Of a stretch of DNA of 64,000 nucleotides, positions 13,452-25,020 are shown one piece after another. How positions within the stretch are numbered: position 1 is the stretch's first letter; each line of letters opens with the position of its first letter. Source of the DNA: Epiperipatus broadwayi (Eukaryota > Animalia > Onychophora); contig JAQFVV010000005.1 in assembly GCA_028023455.1 (NCBI GenBank), positions 6,820,001 to 6,884,000 on the forward strand. Direction: 5' to 3'. Made by a program: the position numbers and the translations under genes. The notes below the pieces were generated by a model. It saw only the letters and a program-made list of their open reading frames with translations, searched no databases and was not told the DNA's origin.

Positions 13452-15691
13452 TGTTGCTGAATAAGAGTTTTTGATAATTCATATCAGAAATTAAAGGATA
13501 TTATGGATAGTCTATCACAATATAAAACAGAATCTGATGATAAATTTAATAATGTGGGAATGAAAGTAAAGAAATCTAGTGTTAAGTTGACTGAATAAAT
13601 TGCTGTTATTAATACCCAGATTCAGTGTGTCGAGGCACAGTCCAAGCAGTTTATAGAAAATTTTTAAGAATAAATTAGAGCACAGATTTAGAAAGATAAG
13701 TGACAATCATAGTGACATAGAGAAAGAGTTATTTTAATCTCAAGAAAATAAGAGCTAAAATGTAGGTTCAAAACAAGATAGAATTAGAAAAAAATTAGGA
13801 AAGAGTTGATTAGTATAGAAAATGATTCAAAATGGAAATAAAGAAAATCAGAAAATCTAACATAAGGCTAGGTGGTGATGTGAAGAAATTTCAATTAGGG
13901 TTGAGAAAAATGGTGAGCAAAGATAAAAAATTGCCAGATCAAATAGTAAAAATATTAAAAGAATTATATAATTTTAAACAAGAACAAAAAAGTTTTGTTC
14001 AAAATATATTGGAACAAATACAAATAGATGTTAGAATACAAATTGTTTGTCAAAGAATTGAAACATTACAAACTGTTATTGAGAAAAATTTGAATATGGT
14101 TCAATCTAACCCTAAACAGAGTCTAGACAAAGAAGTAGAGCCATACATAAAATATAGGTTTTGATTGGAAAAGGAATTGATGAACCCTAATCTAGAAAAT
14201 ACTCCTTATAAGACTTTAAATGAAATATTCTAATAGAACCAGGCATAGGTAGTGAGGAAAGAACTGTAGGAAATTCTATGGTTCTTAAGTTTATGAAAAT
14301 TAAAGTATTTCAAGGTGAATGTTTAGAAAACCCATCTGAGTATTTGCAGAACTAGGAAAAATTATTTACTTAATTTACCTTAACAGGAAAAAAAGGTTAA
14401 CAACTAATCACTTGTCTCCCACAGCAAAAGATTGATGGCAATTTTGTTTGATTATGGAGATTTTAAACATTTAGTTAATATCTAATTTTTGGGGAGAAGA
14501 CTCAGAATAACATTAATTACCAAGTCTCTCAACAAAAGGGTACTACAAACAAAAGTAGTTATACTCAGTTTTTAGAGGACAGGCAGTCAACCTAAAAATG
14601 TTGATAGTCACAAGTGAGTGTAGTTTTGACTCTAGGCACAAAATCATTAATGAATCCCACAATTATTCCATAGGTAGGATTAATCTTTTACCCATGCAAA
14701 GCCCTATTATAGTTAAAAATTACTAACAGTAAAAATCATAGTAATAAAAGGTCAGTTCCTTATTACAATACTAACTACCATCAAAATAAAAATAAGTAAT
14801 GAAATGATGATTTGTACAAAGCATCCACCAGTGGAATTCAAACTATTCCAAAAATGGGTAATAAGGCAAAAGATAAAACTCATGCATTAAACTAATAAGG
14901 ACTTTGTAAAAAGTTTTTTTGATGTGAGGTCTTTATGCTAATTTGAGGAGGGAGAATGAATATACTATAGATTTAGACATAGATTATTTGGAGCCTTATG
15001 AAATAATGGAACCCCCTATTTTATACAGTTGCCATATTATTAAAATATCTGATGAGGGAATTTTTATAGATGCCTTGTTAGACTCAGGAAGTCAAGCATC
15101 TACATTATCTGAAAACACTTATAACAAAATTACTACTATAAGTCAGTCATTACTTGCTCTACCTAAAAAGCAAATTCATTGGCTAATGGAAAGAGGACTA
15201 AGCTAGCAAATGAATCTGAATTTGGGCATGTCTTTTTAATCATGCCTGGTCTTATTTATGAGGCCATAATTGGATTCAACTGTATGAATTTAAATAATTG
15301 TAGTATTGATTATAAAAGTAAAATTTATATAAGTCAGAATGAAATTTGGAAATTTTGTTATAATTTAAACTCATCAATCTAATAAGTTATTGTGTATTCA
15401 TGAAACTTCCATTGATTTAAATATTAAATTAAATTAGAAAATTATAGCATTCTAAAGTACTATTATAAAGAGCAATTTTATCAATTGATGTTTTGATATA
15501 AAGATATGTTTTCAAAAATCCCAGGCATATTGAAGGAATATGACCATTAAATTAAACTATACAATGAAGAACCTTTCCAACATCAAATGTATTTCATTCC
15601 TTATCAATATTAGGCAGAAGTCCAACAGCAACTAAATAAGATATTAAAGTGGCAAATAGTTATGAAAAGCCCTTCACCATATATAAATTTA

Positions 15692-16183
15692 AACCACTGA
15701 ACATCACATGATCGCCATCGCTTATGCTAGCACATATCTGTTATTAAACAGGCAAAATTCTCCATACAGTAGTGCCACCCTGCACCAATCAGAGTAATCA
15801 ATGGATTCCAGAAGGCTTGTGCATAAAATCCCCATCTAGTGCCTACTCATCCAATAGCCCCAAACACTGAGTTCAGACTTATATGACTATATAAGCTGTT
15901 GAGGTTAGATTCAAAATATTGTGTTTTCATTCTCATAGTTTTGTAGTTAAGTAGAGATAAAAGTTGGCTGCTGGAGGGTTGCATTAGATCCTAAGATGTA
16001 GGTGCAGTGCTCTCAGATCCAAGACTCCTCACTGATGAAGGCCACAAGCCAGAAACTAGTCTCAGGATATTGGATGAGTAGGCACTAGATGGGGATTTTA
16101 GGCACAAGCCTTCTGGCATCTATTGATTACTCTGGTTGGCACAGGGTGGCACTATTGTATGGAGAGTTTTGCCTGTTTAATAT
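15692..16183 (+). mobile_element. Hammerhead-ribozyme short retroelement, locus 1 (inverted arm 15692-15862, sense arm 15863-16183)
   Basis: 14-bp TSD catatataaattta (15678-15691, 16184-16197); removing it rejoins the gypsy RT frame; intact ribozyme core at 16032-16061. Confidence 0.85.
16018..16074 (+). ncRNA. Minimal type I hammerhead ribozyme motif
   Basis: Stem I tccaagactcctca / tcaggatattgga (one C.C mismatch); CTGATGA 16032-16038; stem II GGC-cacaa-GCC; GAAA 16052-16055; helix III AC-TA-GT; predicted cleavage after GTC 16061. Confidence 0.78.
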
Positions 16184-17047
16184 CATATATAAATTTATTA
16201 ATTACTATAAGTTGGATCAATAAAGACTTGTTTAGATGCTCATATGTTAAATCAATTAACCATTCCTGAGCATGACACTCCTTCATGATTTCATGAATTA
16301 TTAGTAAAATTACAAAATAAAAAAAAAATTTGCAATATTTGATTTGACAGCCAGTTATTGGCTGATGCAATTACATGTAAATGACTAAAAATATATCACT
16401 TTTCATTCTGAAGATCAATCCTATGTTTGTAAAAGGATGCCTTTCAGATTGGTCAGTAGTGGGCCTGGTTTGATTAGATGTTTATGATCTTTTCTAAACT
16501 GTTAAAAGAAAAATCATAATGCATATGGACAATATTATCATTGCTTCTAAAAATATTTTTGAGCATCTAAACTATTTGCAGTTATTTTTTCATGAATGTT
16601 CTATCAATGATATAAAACTAAATTTAGAAAAATGTACTATAGCTGCAGAAGAAATTACTTATGGGGTCATTTAATTAATGAGCATGAGATTAAACCCCAT
16701 CCTAAAAAGATAGCAGCAATTCAAAAAAATCCTATACCTAAAACTAGAAAATAATTAAAATCTTTCTTAGGTTTGTGTAACTATTATCATAAATTTTACA
16801 AAAATATTTCCAGTGATACAATTTATCTACCAGTGTTATTAAAAAAGAGTGAGAAGTGGAGAAGAACTATTGAGCATATGTCTTACTTTGAAAAAAATTA
16901 AAGCTACCTTTTTAAAGGAAGTAATTTTAGCCTACCATGATTTTAATAAAAAGTTTTATCTCCAAACTGATAGTAGAAATTATGCTTTAGGAGTAGTAAT
17001 GTATCAGCTTAATGAATTACAAGAGTCTCTAATTTTGTATTTCTTAA

Positions 17048-17226
17048 AACAGGCAAAACTCTCCATACAATATTGCTACTCAGTGCAAGCCAGAGTAATC
17101 AATGGATTCCAGAAGACTTGTGCATAAAATCCCCATCTAGTGCCTACTCATCCAATATCCCCAGACTAGTTTCTGGCTTATGGCCTTCGTCAGTGAGGAG
17201 TCTTGGATCTGAGAGCACTGCACCTA
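17048..17226 (-). mobile_element. Hammerhead-ribozyme short retroelement, locus 2
   Basis: 9-bp TSD atttcttaa (17039-17047, 17227-17235); removing it restores RNase H ILYFLSRYLKG. Confidence 0.88.
17151..17207 (-). ncRNA. Minimal type I hammerhead ribozyme motif (best-preserved copy)
   Basis: Minus strand reads tccaagactcctca-CTGACGA-a-GGC-cataa-GCC-a-GAAA-CTAGTC-tggggatattgga; stem I pairs apart from a 3x2 internal loop. Confidence 0.82.
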
Positions 17227-20200
17227 ATTTCTTAAGTAGATATTTGAAAGGAATTGAGCTTAAATATTCCATAACTGAGAAGGAAGCTTTAGCTGTTGTT
17301 TGAGCTTTCCAAAGTTTTTGTTAAGGTCAGAGATAGTAGTTATGTCTGATTATAGAAGCTTAGAGTTCCTTCATAAAAGTTATTTAAGTAATGAATGCCT
17401 GATTATGAGAAGTCTTTATTATTAACAGTTTCAATGTAGCATATAGTATTATAATGGAAAAAAATATTGTGGCTGACATGCTCATTCACCATCCAGTTGA
17501 ACTAGTTTATCAAGATCCAGACACAAAATATGATAACAAATATTAATTTAACAGTGGACAAATTCATTGAAAAAGATTATGAAAACTTAGTGGTAATGTA
17601 ATCTCAGGATGTTAGATTAAATAAAGAAATTACATTTTTATTTGATCCCTCATTGTCTGTTAAACAAACTAGGTATACAACAAGGATACAAGAAAGATAT
17701 GTTATATCAGAATATCTTAATGTTTAAGTTAAATGTCAATAATGAAAGTTCTTGCAGGATAGTAATGCCAAAAAGTATAATAAACAAATTAATTTATTAT
17801 ACTCACTGTAAGTATGGTGATCAAAAGATCAAGTAGATTCTTAAAAAATATTTTTATTGGCCAAAAATGTATTCTTCTATTGTAAATAGATTAAAATGTT
17901 GAAAAATATGTTTAAAAACTAAATATAGTCAGTGATCATATCCCAGGGTATTTCAAACCATCCTTTGTCATAGGCCTAATGAATTGTTATTGTTAGATTT
18001 TTATGATCCACTTCCACTTTTTAATAGGCAAAAGTTTATATTAGTTACACATGATATTTTTATTAAGTATGTTTCAGCTTATCCAGTTCCTAAACTAGTG
18101 CTAAAAATGTAATAAAATACCTCACTAATTTTCCAATTTTTATTGGTAGGAAAGATTTTATTTATATTAACTAATCATGTTACTGTTTTTATTCCACATG
18201 GAAGAAATGGATTCAAAAACTGAATATTAAGCATATTAAGAACTCTATTAGGAATCCATAAGCCAATAAATGAGAGTTAGGGAGACTTTTTAGACTATAT
18301 GTAGAAAAGAACTATAGGCAATGGGTTAATAAACTTCCCAAAATAATCAATTTTATAAGCATAATCATAAATGAATCCAAAAAATTCATCCCTTTTAGGG
18401 TGCATTTAGAAAGGCATGAACCTTTGCTTATCAAAACTCCTTTACTTATAATTACAAAAGAAATTGACAATAGTAGTGATAGAAAAGGCTAGGATTAATT
18501 TAAAAAGGATGAGTAATAAACATCTTGTACAATCTAAATCTAAGCCACATCTATTTAATATTAATGATTATGTATTTGTTCATAGCCCTCATGTTAGTAA
18601 TCCACAAAAACACAAATTTAAAATGTTCTTACATTTACATGATGGGCCTTTCCAGATTAAAGATTAAGTTGGGGAGAATGCATTTATTCTCTTCATTCCT
18701 GAAGGAATTAGGGGAACTTATAATTCATAGAGTCTAAGATCTTTACCTCTTTAAACTAAAATATATATATTGTAAGCCTTACAAAATAAATCAAAATAAT
18801 TTATTTTTATAAAAAAAAAATTAGATTGGAGTTGATTGTAATGAAATAATAGTAATAGTTAGCTGTGAGTGATAAAGATGATCATTCAATAGCAGTTGTT
18901 TGGAGAGTTGAATGTCTACAGAACATTTAAATTTAAAAAAAAATTTTTTTTTCATGGTTCAGTCTAAAACTGTAACCTTAAAATTTGCTTGAGGAACCAT
19001 ATATATGTATATCTTATTTCTCTTCCAATAAATCAATTTATCTGACAAATGTGGTAAATAGTTTAAACTTTAAAATGTAGATATAAAACTGTTGTTCTAG
19101 GTTATTTCTTTAGATAGATCTAATGAAAAAAAAAAAATTTTTTTAAAATAACATTTAGTTTAATCTTGTAACTTTATGTGTTAAATATCTGGATTTTGCA
19201 TTTTTATTAATTTAATTTGCTCTTAGTTTAAGATACAAATGCAAATCAAATATAGTTTAAAGTAAATAAGTCACATTAAAATAAACATTTTAAATAGATT
19301 AATAATATTTGTATAATATTTTATAATAAAAATAATTAGTACAGATTGTTTAAACATTTCTAGTTAACATTTTAAATCTTACAAATATGTGTAAGTTATT
19401 TCCGCTGAGAAAAAAGTTGATTATAATTAAAGTTTATTGTATAAAGAAGTTACTATTTAATAATATTTAAACTGCAATACTATTGTTACAATTTATTATT
19501 CTCTAAAATATATTTAAGTGTTGAGAACTTTTTAAAAACAATAAAAAAGTGTTTAAATAATTTACCATTACCGTAACATTTTAATTATTGGTAAATAATA
19601 AATTATATATTAGAATTGCAATATTAATTTGTTATGACTAGAAATCCAGACAGTTTTAAAAAGATCTATTATTAGATTTTATGCCTTGACAATTAATTAA
19701 GGTCACATTAAATATCAATTAATAATGCCCCAAATCAGTTGGTCCTTGATTCATTAAGATCACTTGATTTGTATTATAAAAATAGAATACTACATGTTGA
19801 TAACTAGTAAATTAAAGAACTTAGTCTATTCAATTGAATGTAGTTCTAAAAAAATGAAAGGCTAAAACACCATCAGCTGGGCCTTCTTTCAAATTGACCC
19901 ATTCATCTCACTGCAATATATCCATTAAAAATATACACAATTTAGAAACTGCGACAACTTACTGTATCAGAGGAAGGCAACATCAAGCTGTGAAATGAAT
20001 TTGATAACATTAGAAATAGTGTATGTACAAGTATACTATCGTAATTTATTGTTTTGTTTGTGCTAATATTGGAATTAAAATAACATTACTGTGCTGATAT
20101 TATAGATATAAGAAGAATGCTTAATGCTATGAGTAATTTATTAAGCCTTTATTCTAAACTAACTATATGCTTTATAGTGCTTTGCTATAATAATAGCAAA

Positions 20201-20359
20201 TATTTCATTCATCATGCTAAATTTTTGGAAATAAATGTGCTGACTAAAGTAACATTTTTTTTGTCATGCTTAAAGTAATTTTAAACTACACTAATTATGG
20301 ATATCAGAAATATAGTTACCTTATCTTTATAATAAACTAAGTATGGACTCATTAGAGCT

Positions 20360-21010
20360 GAATTATGAGGAGATAGGAAACCATCATCATTCCCAAATAA
20401 ACATATAAAATTGAATATTAATGGAATAATGAAAAACTATGTGCAATAAGCATAGAAATCAACACAGATAATTAATTATAAGTATAAGTAAGTATATGTT
20501 CACCAGCATTTTACAAAACTAATAATCATTAATCATCAAGAATGATTAACAATAAAAATAAATCAGCAGACCATCTTGTGACTGGATTTGAAATAAGTCT
20601 ACTACAGAGCAGACAGATTATTTAGTCCATGTCAGTTTGGGTCAGATTATAAAACCCATAATTTGGGTGCACAAATTTAAGTGCTAATATAACAGTAAAA
20701 ACATAATGCTGGGATAATAAAGTATGCTTAATACATCGATGCATTGGCCATTTAGTACCGTTAATGTAATGGCCAATATAAATTTAATTTCTAATAAATA
20801 CTAAACTAAATAAAATGTAGTGCATGGGCTTTAAAGGATATTCTCTTTGCACTAATCCAGGATCATCATCAACTGGATATCCATAATCATGCATGAATCT
20901 AGCTCAGGAACAAAAGCTCTATAACTTATTAACAAAAAATATACATCTATAATTTATAATATTTTTAATCTATTCAGAATTAATTAAATTCACTGGAATA
21001 ATTTTAACAA
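20360..21010. repeat. Diverged dispersed repeat, copy 1 (partner ~42475-43150)
   Basis: Shared blocks such as aattatg..gagat.g.aaa...cattcccaaataa and ggccaat.taaa..taatttctaataaa...aataaaatgtagtg.a.gg..ctttaaagg. Confidence 0.6.
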
Positions 21011-23141
21011 TGAAATATCAATTTATTAATAACAAAAAATGTAATTAAGGTCTGCAGAATATGGCTATACACAAATTAAGCCTATCAATTTTTATGAATA
21101 CAAAAAGATATCCCCTCTTACTTTGTAATTTATAAATATGTTTCAATAGGTTTATATAAAACACATTTATATATAAGCACACAGATGTGCAGTAAAATAA
21201 TTTATGAACATTTTTGAATTGTTATAAACCTATAAATGAAATTCATTTTTATAATACATAATTAATGATTCATTTAACATATATGTACCTACATGCCACT
21301 CATTTTCATAAGCACAGACATGCTGTAACATATGGAAATTGTCATATAATGGTAAAAAATTCTCACATTTTAATGATACATAAATAATGACTTCACATAT
21401 ATAGGTATGTAATATTTACTGAGGCTGTAACCTCGAGAATATGCATGTAAAATGCAATAGGGTCCTCTACAGGTGTTTAACCACAAGCTTATGTAGCCAT
21501 GGAAATGTGTGGACTCACTGATATTTATATCATTTTATTTTGTCAAAATAATACTTATTAAAAATATATTTTTTACATAACTGCACATGTATGATATGTA
21601 AATACATAAAAATAATAAAATGAATAAAAGTCAGTAATTCATTCATCATTTAATGGTAAAAAAAAGTTTTCACTTTTTAAAACAAATATTAATTTTTCGA
21701 CAGTCCTTTATAAAGGTTTTTTTTTTTAAAAATAATATCAAATCTTTAACAGGTTACTCTTGATTATTATAAACATCTTTAAACATATTCAAGCATGTTT
21801 TTTTATTTCCTAATCTAGAAAGATTTTTGGAGTTTTCTTTTATTAATAAAATAAACTAGAAACACATCTTACTTTTACAAAAAAAAATATTTATAATTTA
21901 AAAAAATTACAATTGTCATTTTCACTAAAGAAATTATATAAAATTATTCATCAGCTGTACTTTGTATATATGGTATAGCACCTACATCTGTATTTCTTTG
22001 CATCTAGATAAAACAGCATATGTATAATTAATTCTTTAGCAAGTTGATATTTCTGTAAAAAACTCTCCTCTAATCTTTTTTCCAACCTTTTATAGTCAGG
22101 GTGAGCAAAAAAATACAGTAATTAAAAATAACTTTTTCCTATCTTGCTTGAAAAAATTAATGATTCTTCAATTCACTTTAATCCTTTGCAAAATAACTTT
22201 AAAGCATTTTTATCAAAATATATTATGCAAGTTTTATTTTTAAAAAAATTTACTCATGAAAATAGATAGTGGAATTTTACAATTACCAGTATATCTATTG
22301 TAACATAAACACATGCTTGTTTTAATTTCAAAATCAGAATTAATAAAATATTAATTAGGACTTTTTAAATGTCTAATTTGTAATAAAAAAAAATTTAATT
22401 CAAAATTATTTAATCCTTAACTGTTATTCCAGTGTAATATAGAAAATATCTACAAAATTTTTTTGTCTGTTTATTTCTACTTTTCCTTTCAACTTTATAT
22501 ATATATATATATTCATGCACACATACTGCTATGTTGTTGTATGCCATGAGACACATAGCCATCTCACTACTTCGACAATGATATGCTTTAATAATTTTGA
22601 AAAATGAAAATAACTGCATTCCCATAAATTGTTTTGTTTTCCAGGATGAGAAATATTCAACCTTCAGTATACATTTATTTTACAATGAATATATTTGTTG
22701 AAGTATGCTCTATTATGTCAAAAATTTATTTGACTTGGATATTAAGAATGTTATCTAAAACTTCACATTGCATTGAAATGTGTCAGTATTTTATTTATTG
22801 TCTCAGATATTAAAGAATTGTTATCCATTTGTTACTTTGAAACATTAAAGCTATTTTTTAATAAAGTAGTCTGGATTATAATGAAATCATCATTTGAACT
22901 GGAATGCTATAAAGTGGGTGTAGAATAAGTGATTTCAGGACTCATAAACTCTGTTTTTTTATGTATATGTTTTGCTAATAATTTATTTATGATTTTTTTC
23001 ATGTAACATGTATGGGTATTTGAGTTCTCAAAATATAATTGCAATATCATATTAACAAAGGTAATATGAATATTTAGTACAGAATTGTTTAAAGAATAAT
23101 TTGAATAAATGGATGAACAGTTGGAGATGATTTTTATAAAT

Positions 23142-24100
23142 TGTTAATTTATAAATTTTATACCTAATTATTTTTTATTATTATGTTTTTTATCAGTTTT
23201 TCATATTGTGTTAGACAAATTTTTATGAAGTTTATTCTGGCCAAGTTTTAATATTAGAGATATGATACTAATTATGCACTTGTAGATAAGTGTGGACTTT
23301 TGATTATCCCATCATTTTGTCTATCCTACTTATTGGGGTTTAGAATAATTGTTGAAGGCATGTGTATTGTGACTTATGTCTTCATTTGCTCATGATCTTA
23401 AAAGAATAGTTTTGGAAATGGTAATCGTGTTTAGCATGAATATTTGATATGTGAAAATGATGATAAAAATATTATTTGTCTAAACATTAGTTATTTTAAA
23501 AACAAGTGTACTTTATGTACATGGAGTCTAGATGTAATGTAGGAGATTTGAACATAGACTTTCCAGCTTTCTTCAGCCATCTACTTTGCTTAGCAAATTA
23601 TATATCAACTTAGTGTTGTTCTGTTGTTGGCAACATTATCTGTCAAAAAAGGTTCCTACGCTAATGGTCTATTTAGAAAGATAGTCAGATTACAAATACA
23701 AGAGACAACTTGATTATTCATAAATGATAAGTATATTTTCTTTTAAGTTTAAAATAAATATTGAAATATTATAATTATTGCATTGTGATTACATTAAAGT
23801 ATAAAACATTTATATTTGTTATATTTTATATTATTAAAATCTTTATTTTATTCTTACTTTATGATTTTCTCTTCATTATCATCATCTTCATAGTCAGAAA
23901 ATTCAAATCACAAAGATATATATGAATTATAAGAATACATAATATATGTCATGTAATTAAAATTCAGGCAGTGTATTGTTGAAGCTACAGTAAGATTTTT
24001 GATTATATTATTTTAGTCTTAATTATAAGAAATTTTAAGGCGACTTTTGAGTATGAACAAAATTCCCTTCCTTACTCATTGTACCACAAAGGTTATCACA
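23142..24100 (+). repeat. ~1 kb LTR-like repeat, copy 2
   Basis: Starts tgttaattt, ends ggttatcaca; colinear with 12449-13451 (e.g. gattatcccatcattttg.ctatcctacttatt and tagaataattgttgaaggcatgtgtatt.tgacttatg). Confidence 0.65.
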
Positions 24101-24584
24101 TGTTGCTGTATAAGTGTTTGAAAATGAAAAGTCTTATCATCAAATAATAAAAGCAATTTTTTTTTTCAGTTTATATAAAATTAATTTCAGAACAATAAAA
24201 TTATCTTATTGCAGATGATATGATAATGATATGAGTCAAACCTAAGATATTCCTATATTTTTGTATAAGATATAATAATAGGTTTGATTTACTGCATTGG
24301 ACCACTTGAAGCCATGGATACTAATGTTATAGCTGGTTCTGCTTTTTATTTCCACAACTGGGGCCATGATTGATTATAGTGATGTTCTGTATTTTTATGT
24401 AACTAAGACCATGATTGTGTTGTCGTTTGTTTATTTAACATATTGATACGAGTGTTGGCTTAGATATCAATTTTACAACTCATTGTTATGGAATTATGCA
24501 TTATAGACTATTTGTGTTTTAATGAAAAGGTTTAAAATAATAAATTTTAGTATTGACACCATATATATTACATCTTTATAATTA

Positions 24585-25020
24585 GTAATTTAGCTTGCAC
24601 TTTACGCAAAAAAATGAAGCTTGTCTCAATCTTCTTACGAGTTATATGGCTAAGCGCTTTCAGAGACCTTGAGTCTCCATAATCATAGCCTACTTTTAAC
24701 TGAAGTTTAGCTGTGGTTTATGTAAAATTTATTGCAAGGGCATTGTGCACTGAATGTAATGATATGAAACGAAAAATTAAAGAGGCATGCTTTATTGCAA
24801 ATGACAATTGTGCAATAAACCGGAAAGAATCGTGCTTTGCAACCTCCAGAAAATGGTCAAAATAAAATTTGCATAAATTTTACATAAACCACAGCTAAAC
24901 TTCAGTTAAAAGTAGGCTATGATTATGGAGACTCAAGGTCTCTGAAAGCGCTTAGCCATATAACTCGTAAGAAGATTGAGACAAGCTTCACTTTTTTGCG
25001 TAAAGTGCAAACTAAATTAC
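24585..25020. mobile_element. Fold-back MITE with ~150-bp terminal inverted repeats
   Basis: Arms ~24585-24737 and ~24868-25020 are reverse complements with about 2 substitutions and 1 indel seen; tta flanks both sides (24582-24584, 25021-25023). Confidence 0.9.

Larger units (their letters stand above)
13452..18740 (+). mobile_element. Heavily decayed Ty3/gypsy internal region (gag, protease, RT, RNase H, integrase)
   Basis: Protease IDALLDSGSQASTLS (ORF 14943); RT remnants PSPYINL..GSI.RLCLDA; RNase H YLQTDSRNYALGVVMYQ and LSRYLKGIELKYSITEKEALAVV; integrase-like tail to ~18740. Many stops; interrupted by two ribozyme elements. Confidence 0.85.

Noticed and set aside
19870-19995. Candidate minus-strand micro-exons separated by a 52-nt GT-AG intron
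   Set aside because: The spliced product has stops in all three frames; unsupported without transcript data.
18740-23140. env gene for the old gypsy (errantivirus-like)
   Set aside because: No plus-strand ORF or env motif seen; the only coding-like remnant is on the minus strand and has a paralogue at 42.5 kb.
23560-23576. Minus-strand CTGAAGA-aagctg-GAAA
   Set aside because: The six-base spacer cannot form stem II and no NUH/stem I pairing was found.
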